From positions 2,912,001 to 2,976,000 of the forward strand of contig OZ242005.1 of assembly GCA_965204725.1 (NCBI GenBank): a stretch of 64,000 nt of DNA, in the 5' to 3' direction. This document shows positions 21,270-30,501 of the stretch, piece after piece. Both the position numbers and the translations under genes were made by a program. Position 1 is the stretch's first letter, and every line of letters starts with the position of its first letter. The DNA is from Candidatus Latescibacterota bacterium (GTDB lineage Bacteria; Latescibacterota; UBA2968; UBA8231). Below the pieces are notes generated by a model. That model saw nothing but the letters and a program-made list of their open reading frames with translations, was not told where the DNA came from and made no database searches.

Positions 21270-21430
21270 ATGAATTGGCCGATCCGAAAGAGGTGCTCCC
21301 ATGAAATCCATATCCTTGCAGATCACCTATCGAAAGGGCAAGCCCTTCGCGGCTTATCAGCGGAGTTAGAGCCACTCAGAGCGGCCTAACTGTTCTTCTC
21401 ACCTCTGCGGTGGGTCTGCGGTACTCATGC
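21270..21430 (+). pseudogene. Collapsed DUF4258/DUF2283-type TA remnant, copy 1
   Basis: MNWP fused to PKEVLP*, then MKSISLQITYRKGKPFAAY fused to SAELEPLRAA*; homologous to 22597-22807. Confidence 0.7.
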
Positions 21431-21486
21431 ACAGATAGATGGGGTGTTCTTCGTAGATAAGCTCATCGCGGTCACACGATTCTGGC

Positions 21487-21515
21487 TTGACCTCTGGTCG
21501 GGAATATACTATACT
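21487..21515 (+). promoter_or_regulatory. sigma70-like promoter
   Basis: TTGACC-17 bp-TATACT upstream of the DUF5131 gene. Confidence 0.6.
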
Positions 21516-21632
21516 TATGTTCAGTTATTTATTGCGAACCGGAGGGATGCTACGCAGATTGCCAAGCGTATGCTGATTTGCGCGTAACATCCGCTAGTCA
21601 GTAAATGCAGAATGGACACGGGAGCCGACGGC

Positions 21633-22469
21633 ATGTCTCGCAAAAGCACCATTGAATGGACCAACAGCACTTGGAACCCGGTCACCGGTTGCACAAAGGT
21701 GAGTGCGGGATGCGACCATTGCTATGCCGAACGCCTTTCCGAGCGTTTTCGCGGCGTCAAGGGCCATCCTTTTGAGACCGGCTTTGATCTCACCCTGCGG
21801 CCCGAGCGTATCAAGCAACCCTTGCGCTGGCGGCGTCCACAACTCGTCTTCGTCAATTCGATGAGCGATCTTTTTCACAAGAACATTCCCACCGAGTACA
21901 TCGCCCGCGTATTCGACACAATGGAACGCGCCGATTGGCACATCTATCAGGTGCTAACCAAGCGCAGTTCGCTGATGCGCGATTTCGTCCATCAGCACTA
22001 CCGGGGACAAGCCGCGCCCCCGCATATCTGGCTCGGCGTCTCGATTGAAAACGCCGCGGCCATGACGCGCCTGCGACACTTGAAACAGACCAACGCCTCT
22101 GTGCGCTTCGTCTCGTTCGAGCCGCTGCTCGGCCCCCTCGGCGCGGTAAATTTGGAGGGCATTCACTGGATCATCGCCGGCGGCGAGAGTGGGCCGGGTG
22201 TGCGTCCGATGCAAATAGAGTGGGTGCGCGCCTTACGCGATCAGTGCCAAGCCCAGCGCGTCGCCTTCTTCTTTAAGCAGTGGGGTGGGCGCACCCCCAA
22301 AACAGGCGGCAATACGCTCGACGGACGCCAATGGTTGGAATATCCGCGAGTGGAATCTGAGCAGCAACTTGGCATGCCGTTACAAGTGGCTGGAGTACCA
22401 AAAGACGATGCAAACGATGTGCCCGACGTTGGCCCTTGGGCGAGGGAGAAACTGAGGCGTGTTCAGTAG
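21633..22469 (+). CDS. Phage Gp37/Gp68 (DUF5131) three-Cys protein, reading through into a TcmP-like stub
   Basis: STIEWTNSTWNPVTGCTKVSAGCDHCYAE, FVNSMSDLFH, SFEPLLG, GGESG, FFFKQWGG; tail DVGPWAREKL. Confidence 0.92.
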   Translation: MSRKSTIEWTNSTWNPVTGCTKVSAGCDHCYAERLSERFRGVKGHPFETGFDLTLRPERIKQPLRWRRPQLVFVNSMSDLFHKNIPTEYIARVFDTMERADWHIYQVLTKRSSLMRDFVHQHYRGQAAPPHIWLGVSIENAAAMTRLRHLKQTNASVRFVSFEPLLGPLGAVNLEGIHWIIAGGESGPGVRPMQIEWVRALRDQCQAQRVAFFFKQWGGRTPKTGGNTLDGRQWLEYPRVESEQQLGMPLQVAGVPKDDANDVPDVGPWAREKLRRVQ

Positions 22470-22807
22470 AATCAAGTGCGACACGTTGCTTTTATCGACG
22501 GTTCACGGCACAGAGAAAACCCTGCTTGAGCTTGGCGCGTAGTTGTCGAGCTCGATCTAGACGACGAGCCTCTTGCCATTGTAACCGCATATCCGCAAGA
22601 GGTGCTCCCATGAAATCCATATCCTTGCAGATCACCTATCGAAAGGGCAAGCCCCTCGCGGCTTATATTCACCTCGCTTCCAATAGATGAAATCCAGCGC
22701 GTTTTTGAACTTCTAGGTCTCGATAAACCGGCATCAGCGGAGTTAGAGCCACTCAGAGCGGCCTAACTGTTCTTCTCACCTCTGCGGTGGTTGTGCGGTG
22801 CTCATGC
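22470..22807 (+). pseudogene. Degraded DUF4258/DUF2283-type TA remnant, copy 2
   Basis: WRVVVELDLDDEPLAIVTAYPQEVLP*, then MKSISLQITYRKGKPLAAYIHL ... DEIQRVFELLGLDKPASAELEPLRAA* with an internal deletion. Confidence 0.7.
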
Positions 22808-22873
22808 TTCGGGCGGCGATTGGACGTGTCGAAGGGGAGGGGGAATAGGCTAAAAGCCAAGCGGGCAAGGCTG

Positions 22874-22902
22874 TTGACAACCGACAGTGCTTCGGATAAA
22901 TT
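22874..22902 (+). promoter_or_regulatory. sigma70-like promoter
   Basis: TTGACA-17 bp-TAAATT upstream of the 23001 ORF. Confidence 0.5.
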
Positions 22903-23000
22903 GATCTCACATGGACTGCAACAGAGTATCCTATCCGCAGAGCAGGATCTTAAAGGCATGTCTGTTTTTTAGCGGTTTAACCAATTAGGAGGTAGCCGTC

Positions 23001-23201
23001 ATGTGTGACAGGACTAAAAAAGAAAAAACCTCAGATGATTATCTGAAAACTTTGGAGCGGGTCAAAAAGCAATACCAGCAGTATGTGGAAATCAGTGACC
23101 TTTATACCTTGCCGATTCAGCAAGAGGAGGAGCCGATACAATATCAGCCTCCTAGCTTGGAAAATCCCCTGACGACAAATACAACTAGTATCCGTCAATA
23201 A
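23001..23201 (+). CDS. Small hypothetical protein, co-transcribed with the SDH/ClpP protease
   Basis: Strong AGGAGGT RBS; 66 aa; ends 12 bp before the next ATG. Confidence 0.65.
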   Translation: MCDRTKKEKTSDDYLKTLERVKKQYQQYVEISDLYTLPIQQEEEPIQYQPPSLENPLTTNTTSIRQ

Positions 23202-23213
23202 AACGGAGTGAAT

Positions 23214-24194
23214 ATGGCTTCTTGGAGTGAACTCCTGAGCGCATTGCATGCTCATGCTCAGAACGACCCTAATTGGCTTGATAAAAAACTGCAAGAGCAT
23301 TTGACCACTATCTCAACGCATCGCAAGAATGCTACCGTTATCTTCTACGCATCGGGTTTTTTGCAAAAGGCCGCCGATAATGTGCTCATTGACAGAGAAG
23401 ATATTAACGGGTTCATGAACGCGCTTTACAAAGCACAAAAAAATAAAAATCTCACATTGATACTTCATACTCCTGGCGGAGACCCGAACGCCGTTGAAAG
23501 CATCGTTGAGTACCTACATTCAAAGTTTGATTATATTGAAGTAATCGTACCTTATCTAGCAATGTCTGGCGGCGCGATGATAAGTCTGGCAAGCAATCTT
23601 TTGATACTCGGCAAACAGGGCCAACTGGGACCTATTGACCCTCAGCTAGTCACTGGCAACAAAACGCACTCAGCGAGGGCGATCCAAGAAGGGTTTAGCA
23701 AGGCGAAAGAGGATATTGAAAACGACACGAGATTAGCACATCTTTGGGCACCCATTTTACAAAATATGGGACCTTCACTGGTTTTGGAAGCGGATAAAGC
23801 TTTGTCGTACAGTAAAGAATTGGTCGTCAACTGGCTCAATAAAAGGATGTTCAAGGATATAGATAAGAAAAAAAGAAAAAAGAGAGCGGATACCATTGCA
23901 GCCTATTTTAACGCTGAACGTACCTCTGGTCATGACCAAATTCATGTTCATGGTCAAAGAATTGGAGTGACAAAACTTAAAGAGCTCGGGATCAAGCTGG
24001 AACTTCTTGAAGATGACCAGTCATTACAAAATGATGTTTTGACTGCATACCACTTGATGACCTTGATTTTTGAGATGACACCTTCCTTAAAAATCATCGC
24101 CAGTGATGCAGGAAAAATGTGGGTTAAACAAGAACAGCAAGTTCTTGTTCCAGCCTCCCTGCCTACCCCTCAACCCCCCCTCAACAATCCTTAA
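23214..24194 (+). CDS. SDH family ClpP-fold serine protease
   Basis: LILHTPGGD, AMSGGAMISL, LGPIDPQ, HGQRI. Confidence 0.88.
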   Translation: MASWSELLSALHAHAQNDPNWLDKKLQEHLTTISTHRKNATVIFYASGFLQKAADNVLIDREDINGFMNALYKAQKNKNLTLILHTPGGDPNAVESIVEYLHSKFDYIEVIVPYLAMSGGAMISLASNLLILGKQGQLGPIDPQLVTGNKTHSARAIQEGFSKAKEDIENDTRLAHLWAPILQNMGPSLVLEADKALSYSKELVVNWLNKRMFKDIDKKKRKKRADTIAAYFNAERTSGHDQIHVHGQRIGVTKLKELGIKLELLEDDQSLQNDVLTAYHLMTLIFEMTPSLKIIASDAGKMWVKQEQQVLVPASLPTPQPPLNNP

Positions 24195-24207
24195 ACTCAT
24201 AGGGCGA

Positions 24208-24269
24208 GCGCATCCCCAAAACGGGCGGCAATACACTCGACGGACGCCAATGGTTGGAATATCCGCGAG
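24208..24269 (+). repeat. Duplicate of the DUF5131 gene tail
   Basis: 62 bp matching 22289-22350 with 3 mismatches. Confidence 0.92.
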
Positions 24270-24311
24270 CGCAACGCACCCAACAACTCTGTGCTGAAGA
24301 AAAGGAAGGCA

Positions 24312-24384
24312 TGTCATGCTGACGAAGCATCTTTGACCATTATGCTGACACTAAAACGAGATTCTTCGACTCCGCTCAGAATGA
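24312..24384. repeat. Degenerate palindromic MITE/REP-like element
   Basis: TGTCATGCTGA..CGAAGCATCT ... GAGATTCTTCGACTCCGCTCAGAATGA, resembling the GTCATTCTGAGC..GAAGAATCT repeat family. Confidence 0.55.
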
Positions 24385-24464
24385 TTTACAAACGACGGCG
24401 ACCTCCGCTCGCCACAGTATGAAAAATAATCTGGAGCATTCAACAGACGCGAGGAGACAAAGCC

Positions 24465-25508
24465 ATGTTGAAACGTTTGCAAATACAGAATTTCCGCGGC
24501 TTCAACGCGCTCGAAATCGACCAATTGAGCGGCATCAACCTCATTGCTGGCAAAAACAATTCTGGCAAGACCAGCTTACTGGAAGCAGTTTTTCTGCTGT
24601 CTGGAGGCGGAAACGCGCAACTGGCTGTAAATGCCAATGTCATTCGCGGCATAGAAAAAGATGGCGTTTCGGTGAGGGATTTCTTCTGGAAGCAGCTCTT
24701 CTTCAATCTTGATATGGAACAGTCCATTAAAATTGAAGGGGAGTATAAGTCGCATGGTCAATTCGCCTTGGAAATCGCATCGGAGCAACAGCCCACCACT
24801 GAAATTACTCTTGATAGTACGGACGGATCTTCGGCGACGAACCTTTTTGACGAACGCTCTCTCATATTCCAGTATAGCGATCCTTCTGATCAAAAAATTA
24901 AAAGCCATATACGTTTTAAGGGACAAAAGCTCGAGGTTCAGCAGCCCGCTATAAATGTCCCGTTTATTGCGGCAATTCTCTTGTCTCGAGGTAGAAATAT
25001 CCATGAAGATGCCAAGAGGCTGGGAATGTTGAAAAAGAAAAAACAGGGCGATCTGCTCTTAAAAGCACTACAAGTTGTCGAGCCGAAGCTACAGAGCATT
25101 GAGGACAGCTTCGCCAGCGGCACCCCCATGATCTGGGGAGATATCGGGTTGTCCGAACTAGTGCCACTGCCAGCAATGGGCGAAGGCATGACCCAGCTAG
25201 CTCGGCTGGTTTTGGCCATAGCTACCGTACCGAACGGCGTCGTTTTGGTAGATGAGGTTGAAAACGGCATTCACCACTCCGTACTGCCCGATGTCTGGCG
25301 AGCCATCGACGAAGCGGCCAAGCAGTTCCACACGCAGATATTTGCAACCACGCACAGTTTTGAGTGCATAGAAGCAGCCCATCAAGCTCTCGGCCCTGAC
25401 GGCTTTCGCCTACACCGGCTTGAAGCCCGCGATGCGGAAAATCGCTGTGTTACCTTTAAGCCAAATGGAATCAGCGCCGCGCTTCGACACAATCTTGAGG
25501 TGCGCTAG
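24465..25508 (+). CDS. AAA_15/AAA_21 ABC-type ATPase
   Basis: IQNFRGF, GKNNSGKTSLLEA, MGEG, LVDEVENGIH, ATTHS. Confidence 0.92.
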   Translation: MLKRLQIQNFRGFNALEIDQLSGINLIAGKNNSGKTSLLEAVFLLSGGGNAQLAVNANVIRGIEKDGVSVRDFFWKQLFFNLDMEQSIKIEGEYKSHGQFALEIASEQQPTTEITLDSTDGSSATNLFDERSLIFQYSDPSDQKIKSHIRFKGQKLEVQQPAINVPFIAAILLSRGRNIHEDAKRLGMLKKKKQGDLLLKALQVVEPKLQSIEDSFASGTPMIWGDIGLSELVPLPAMGEGMTQLARLVLAIATVPNGVVLVDEVENGIHHSVLPDVWRAIDEAAKQFHTQIFATTHSFECIEAAHQALGPDGFRLHRLEARDAENRCVTFKPNGISAALRHNLEVR

Positions 25509-25510
25509 AT

Positions 25511-26137
25511 ATGCCGCAACCAGCAGCAATCAAATCGGCGACCCAACTTCTCGTTGAGGGCAATGATCAGCGCAATTTCTTCGAGGCATTTACCCGTCAT
25601 CTTTCGATCTCCAATGTCCAGATTCAGAACTTTGGCGGGGTCAACGAACTGCGCGATTTCCTAGAGGGACTCGTGAGCGCGACCGGATTTCGTGAAACCG
25701 TCCAGAGTATCGGCATCGTTCGAGATGCGGAAACGTCCGCCAGAGGAGCGTTCCAAAGCGTTCAGTCGGCACTGAGCAATGCCGCCCTGCCCGCGCCGAA
25801 CAGACCCGCAGAACGCACTGGCACCAGTCCGGCGGTAACAGTGCTGATACTGCCCGGCGATGATCGCCAAGGGATGCTTGAGACGCTACTGTGCGAGAGC
25901 TTTGCGGCTACGCCGGTGGAGGACTGCATCGACGACTTTTTCAAGTGTGTCGAATCTTTGCCGGACATGTCCATCGACAGACCCGACAAGGCCCGTGCCC
26001 ATGCCTACCTGACCACAAAGCCCAATCCTCATTTTTCCGTCGGTGTGGCAGCAAAGAACGACTACTGGGATTTGGATCACAGCGTCTTCAGCCCGGTCCG
26101 CGATTTTCTACAAACGATAGCTGCAAGTGCTCCGTGA
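25511..26137 (+). CDS. DUF3226-like TOPRIM-fold partner of the ATPase
   Basis: LLVEGNDQ, IVRDAE, GMLETL, DKARAHAYL. Confidence 0.8.
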   Translation: MPQPAAIKSATQLLVEGNDQRNFFEAFTRHLSISNVQIQNFGGVNELRDFLEGLVSATGFRETVQSIGIVRDAETSARGAFQSVQSALSNAALPAPNRPAERTGTSPAVTVLILPGDDRQGMLETLLCESFAATPVEDCIDDFFKCVESLPDMSIDRPDKARAHAYLTTKPNPHFSVGVAAKNDYWDLDHSVFSPVRDFLQTIAASAP

Positions 26138-26182
26138 ACGGCCATAGGAGGGACAGAATCGGCCGGAAGCTCCGCTGAACGG

Positions 26183-26929
26183 TCAAGGGACCAAAGGCTT
26201 AAAATCCTCGCTGCTCATTGGTTCGTACTCATCCCAACGGCCATACATCTCAATCAGTACGCGTTGCTTCAACAGGATGGTCTGAGGATTAACCCGCACC
26301 ACTTTCGCCCCGAATTTACCAGGTCCTTCGGCCATCGCCGCAACCAGATCTGCCACCAAGTAACGCGGCGCCCACCCGATCGTACAGTAGTCCACTGTCT
26401 GAAGCTGCACGGCCAACCCGGTCGCCGGATTGGTCAACTCCAGTGTGACATACAGTTTTTCTTCCTGCTCTAAACGATCAAGTCGATCTTTAGCCGCATC
26501 ATTGATATGTCGCCAGCCATGCAGAAAGAACCGGCAAGAGAAACTCCCGGTATCGTCTTTCTCGATCTTTGGAAAAACCTCATAAGCGTCCGTTACGCGG
26601 CGGCCTCCGTTGGTGGACAGAATCTCAATGGGATCAGCTTCCTCGGTCAGATCAAGCCTGCGAAGATAATCGGTAAAGTCCGGCCTTGCCCGATTCATAA
26701 CCCGATTTTGGAATAGCGGAAACAGTTCCACAGACCGATAATCTCGGTTCAAATCGGGAAAATCGATCAACGGAGGAAACCCCACTTCCTTTTTTGCTCG
26801 CTCTGCGCCGCCAATGTAACGGAAGCGATAGAGCGAACGCTCGACATCAGCATCTAGCTGACCTACCGGGAACCATGCCTTACTAGGCTTGTGGTCCTGC
26901 CAAGCTAGAAATAAAGTTCTCGTGCTCAT
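26183..26929 (-). CDS. HIRAN-domain protein with HipA coupling-like N-terminus
   Basis: LFLAWQ..WFPVGQL, ELFPLFQNRV, GGRRVTD, FFLHGWRH, IGWAPRYL. Confidence 0.8.
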   Translation of the reverse strand: MSTRTLFLAWQDHKPSKAWFPVGQLDADVERSLYRFRYIGGAERAKKEVGFPPLIDFPDLNRDYRSVELFPLFQNRVMNRARPDFTDYLRRLDLTEEADPIEILSTNGGRRVTDAYEVFPKIEKDDTGSFSCRFFLHGWRHINDAAKDRLDRLEQEEKLYVTLELTNPATGLAVQLQTVDYCTIGWAPRYLVADLVAAMAEGPGKFGAKVVRVNPQTILLKQRVLIEMYGRWDEYEPMSSEDFKPLVP

Positions 26930-27819
26930 CGAATAAGCTCCTGCAATTGTTTGAGGTTATGGCACATCAGCGCAATCGCGAATTTTTTGGCTGAAGAGGA
27001 CATCCAATCACTAGGTACGCGGTTTACGAGGTTATCCACAGATCGCTCGTCCAATTTTTTGAGTTTCATCAGCGCGAAAAAGAAAAGTTTAGGGTATTTG
27101 CAAGTAGCCCGCTGTACCAACTCCAGTGGGCTACAACCGTATCGATCGTCCTCCGACCAGTAAATCGCGCCGCGTCCTTTTTTAACATAGTCACCTATGC
27201 GATCCTCCGCCAGTATCCTATCACGTCGCGTATCTTGAAGCTCCCGACCCAACGATGAGGCGTGGTCGAACGATGGTGCCACGAACCCTTCCCAGCGGTC
27301 GTCCTTTTGCTCCCGTAGTATGCCCCAATTCTCGTGATGGCGATCCGTGTTACCAATCAACGCATCTAGGACCACGTACTCTGCAAGGCGACACTTCTCC
27401 TGTTCTGCATCTTCAGACTCTACAAAAACACGGTCTATTGTCTGCCAGATATTCGCCAAAGTATGGCTTGACTGATAATATTCTCGCCTGTGATCGTAAC
27501 CATGGACAGCTCTTGCCAAGATCTGATTGCCGTGGATCAATTCCTGACCCTCTTGTGCGAACGATTTCGTCACAGATCCTTTATCCTCTTCAAATACCGC
27601 CAATTCCACCCTCGCATGTAGAATCTCTAGTACGGCCGCGACCTCGGCGACAATTTTTTCCGCCCAGTGCTCCCCTGTATTACAGCGGGGGTATTTGAAG
27701 AGCCAATCTCCTTCTTCCGTCTTCGGATGGAGATACCAGAACTTATCTTTGCTCCCCATATCCTCGGACTCTCTGATCGATTCTCTCTTTACCTCAACGA
27801 TTGGGTATAGGTCAGACAT
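26926..27819 (-). CDS. HipA-like kinase
   Basis: GSKDKFW, LFKYPR, GEHWAEK, DALIGNTDRHHENWG, APSFDHASSLG. Confidence 0.9.
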   Translation of the reverse strand: MSDLYPIVEVKRESIRESEDMGSKDKFWYLHPKTEEGDWLFKYPRCNTGEHWAEKIVAEVAAVLEILHARVELAVFEEDKGSVTKSFAQEGQELIHGNQILARAVHGYDHRREYYQSSHTLANIWQTIDRVFVESEDAEQEKCRLAEYVVLDALIGNTDRHHENWGILREQKDDRWEGFVAPSFDHASSLGRELQDTRRDRILAEDRIGDYVKKGRGAIYWSEDDRYGCSPLELVQRATCKYPKLFFFALMKLKKLDERSVDNLVNRVPSDWMSSSAKKFAIALMCHNLKQLQELIR

Positions 27820-27866
27820 AGCAATAACTTCGCGTCCTCAGTTCCAAGTCGCCATCGCTTCCCCAA

Positions 27867-28493
27867 TCAGGCCATCGGCCTCTGCGACAAGTCCAGTTCC
27901 GCGGAATCACGGGCGGGCGCAAGCTCCGCTCCCGGCCTAGACGGTTCCATGAACGTAATGGCCTCGTAGAAGTCGTCTAACGCGACAAATACGCCGTTTT
28001 CTTGCGCCCATCGGCGCATCCGCTGGTTGCAAGAATGCGCCCACGACAGGATTTCCACCCGCCAACCGCGCTTGTGCATGCGCTCCAACGTGCTGTGAAA
28101 ACCCGCGCCTTCGAGATAGCCGGCACCATCGCCTGTCAGCAACACCACAATGCCGGGGTCGCCGTTGTAATCCAGAGCATCTTCCAACATCCGTAGCTGC
28201 AATACCCGGTCGGGCATTTCCTGTTCGCCGCGCCCAGAGTCGCCGCGGTCAAACAGTCGGACTTCTATGCCCTTGCTTTCCATTCGATTCCACAACTGGC
28301 GCATTTCCGGCGGCACGGAGCCGGTGGCCAGTGCCTTTTTCAGCGGGCGATCGGCGTGTGCTAGACGCAGTATATTGTCAAAGTTGACCCGCACACGGTA
28401 ACGGGCATTAGCCCCTTCTCGTCGTTCTTCGGCCAGCCGCTGGGCCTCGTGGAAGATGTTGGAGTTGTCCCAATAAATGAAAACGCGGTTCAT
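27867..28493 (-). CDS. NYN-domain (PIN-like) protein
   Basis: IYWDNSNIF, VLLTGDG, GWRVEILSW. Confidence 0.88.
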   Translation of the reverse strand: MNRVFIYWDNSNIFHEAQRLAEERREGANARYRVRVNFDNILRLAHADRPLKKALATGSVPPEMRQLWNRMESKGIEVRLFDRGDSGRGEQEMPDRVLQLRMLEDALDYNGDPGIVVLLTGDGAGYLEGAGFHSTLERMHKRGWRVEILSWAHSCNQRMRRWAQENGVFVALDDFYEAITFMEPSRPGAELAPARDSAELDLSQRPMA

Positions 28494-28506
28494 GTCGGAT
28501 TGCCTC

Positions 28507-29780
28507 CTACCAGTAGCGCAGCGCGTCCGCGAAAATCGCCGCTAGCTCCTCGGCGTCGGCCGGGCGCGGCGAGAGCTTGGTCACTCGGTGCTGCGGCAGC
28601 GTGCCCTCGACCAGCACCGAGATGTGCTGGGGCCGTAGCCGAGCGCACTGAGGCCGTTGGGCGCACCGAGCAGGCGCATCAGCGCGACGATGCGGTCGGC
28701 CAAAATCGCGCCCGCGTCTTCGTCTTTCGCTCCGCTGCAATCGGCCCCCAAGACCGCCGCGGCCCGCAGATGCCGCTGAGGGCTGGCCGGCGCGGTAAAG
28801 CGAAAAACAGCCGGCGCGTTGACGATAACGGCAAACCCGTGCGGCACCAGCGGGTAATCAACCGCGTATCCGGCCGGCACATAGCCTTCCACCATGCCAG
28901 CCACCGGATAGGACATGCCGTGCGGCAAGTGAACGCCGGCGTTGCCAAAACCAATGCCGGCGAGGGCCGCGGCCAAGCTCATCGCGTTGCGGGCCTCGTC
29001 GTCGCTGGGGTCGGCCACGGCGCGGGGCAGAAACCGCGCCACCAACCGCAAAGCCTCCAACGCCCACAAGTCGCTGATGGGATTGGAGCCTTGGTAGGCC
29101 GGTCGCAGTTGGGGCCGGTCGGGGCGGGGGCGCTGGTCAAACGGCAGGGCCGTGTAGGACTCCAAGGCATGAGAGAGCACATCGAGGCCGGTTGAAGCGG
29201 CCACCTGCGGCGGCATGGAGCGCGTGTTGTCTGGATCGACGATCCCCAAAGTCGGGCGCATGTAGCGGTGCGCCATGCCGGTCTTGGCCTTCATCGCGAG
29301 AAAATCGAAAATCGCCACGCCCGTCGTCTCGCTGCCGGTGCCAGCGGTGGTGGGAACGGCGATTAGCGGCTTGAGCGGGCCGGGCACGGGCGCACCCCGG
29401 CCAATCGGTGCGTTGACATATTCGAGGAAATCGGCCGGATGGGTGGTGTACACATTAGCCGCTTTGGCCGTGTCGATCACCGACCCGCCGCCGACCGCGA
29501 CGAACCCGTCAAACCCTTGTTGGGCATACGCAATCGCCGCCTTGAACGAGGCGTCGGTCGGCTCCACGCGCACTTGGTCGAACAGCGCGTACTCGACGCC
29601 GGCCTCCGCAATGGCCGCCAAGGCCGTCTGCACCGGCGCTTGCGCGCACAAATTTGGATCGGTCAATACCAAGACCCGCTTCAGCCCCCAGTCCTTTAGA
29701 TCCATGCCGATCTCCTGAGTAGTGCCCGGGCCGAAGCGGATGTTGGAGGTGGCGATTTCGTAAGCCGTGTCAAAAATCAT
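28507..29780 (-). CDS. Hydroxyacid-oxoacid transhydrogenase / Fe-ADH, frameshifted near the 3' end
   Basis: GGGSVIDTAK, PTTAGTGSETT, FGNAGVHLPHGMSY; the natural C-terminus (GTLPQHRVTKLSP...ALRYW*) is in another frame from ~28630. Confidence 0.88.
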
Positions 29781-29854
29781 GGCGTCGTCCTTTAATTTAA
29801 GGCGGGGAATATAGGGTTGACGCGAGGCGAGAGGCAAGGTCTATTAAAAGAGCT

Positions 29855-30298
29855 TTGACAGAGGAGATCGTCGTGGTTGAACGAGCAGGTATGACGCCCG
29901 AGGACGTGGAGGAAGGGCCGCGATTGGCCTTGGATTTTGGCAAGCTGCAACGGGCGGTGGCCGGGGGCGAGGGCTTGGTGCCGGTGGCGGTGCAGGACGC
30001 AGACAGCGGCGAGGTGCTAATCGTGGCGTACGCCAATGAAGAGGCCCTCAACTATGCGCGGCGCACGGGCGTGGCCGCGTTTTGGAGCACGTCGCGCAAC
30101 GAGCTGTGGGTGAAGGGCGCGACCTCGGGCAACGTGCTCGAACTGGTCGAAATCCGCGTCAACTGCGAGCAAAATTCGCTGCTGTATCGCGTCCGACCCA
30201 AAGCAGGGGGGGCCTGCCACACCCGGGACGCAGCCGGGCGGGCGCGGTCGGGGTGCTATTATCGGCGACTCGTGGGAGACTGGCTCGAACCCGTTTGA
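29855..30298 (+). CDS. hisI: Phosphoribosyl-AMP cyclohydrolase
   Basis: GLVPVAVQD, WSTSRNELWVKGATSG, NCEQNSLL, GACHT, CYYR. Confidence 0.9.
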   Translation: MTEEIVVVERAGMTPEDVEEGPRLALDFGKLQRAVAGGEGLVPVAVQDADSGEVLIVAYANEEALNYARRTGVAAFWSTSRNELWVKGATSGNVLELVEIRVNCEQNSLLYRVRPKAGGACHTRDAAGRARSGCYYRRLVGDWLEPV

Positions 30299-30364
30299 AT
30301 CGTATTTTTTTACCGTCACCGGAGGACTAGGCCATGCCAATCCACTGTATCGAAATATAGTGAA

Positions 30365-30500
30365 CCGGCTATCAGACTATATCAAGCAGCATGGCCTCTC
30401 AGCACCGATGGTCACGAACGCCGCCCGTCGCCAGACTATTCCCGCTTTTCGCGAGAAGGGAGTGTGGAAAATCGGGGCGGAATTCGCGTACCGGAGCTAG
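30365..30500 (+). pseudogene. Duplicated 3' end of the fic gene
   Basis: Near-identical to 13798-13933. Confidence 0.95.
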
Positions 30501-30501
30501 T

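Noticed and set aside
20750-28493. Integron cassette array
   Set aside because: No intI and no repeated attC-like structure; cassette boundaries are duplicated gene ends instead.
28507-28740. Frameshifts in HOT/ADH (~28630), the RsmJ-like gene (~54326), capsid, portal and the Rep-like ORF as programmed frameshifting
   Set aside because: No slippery heptamer or stimulatory structure is evident. Scattered single indels, including in housekeeping genes, fit assembly error or decay better; read-level checks are needed.
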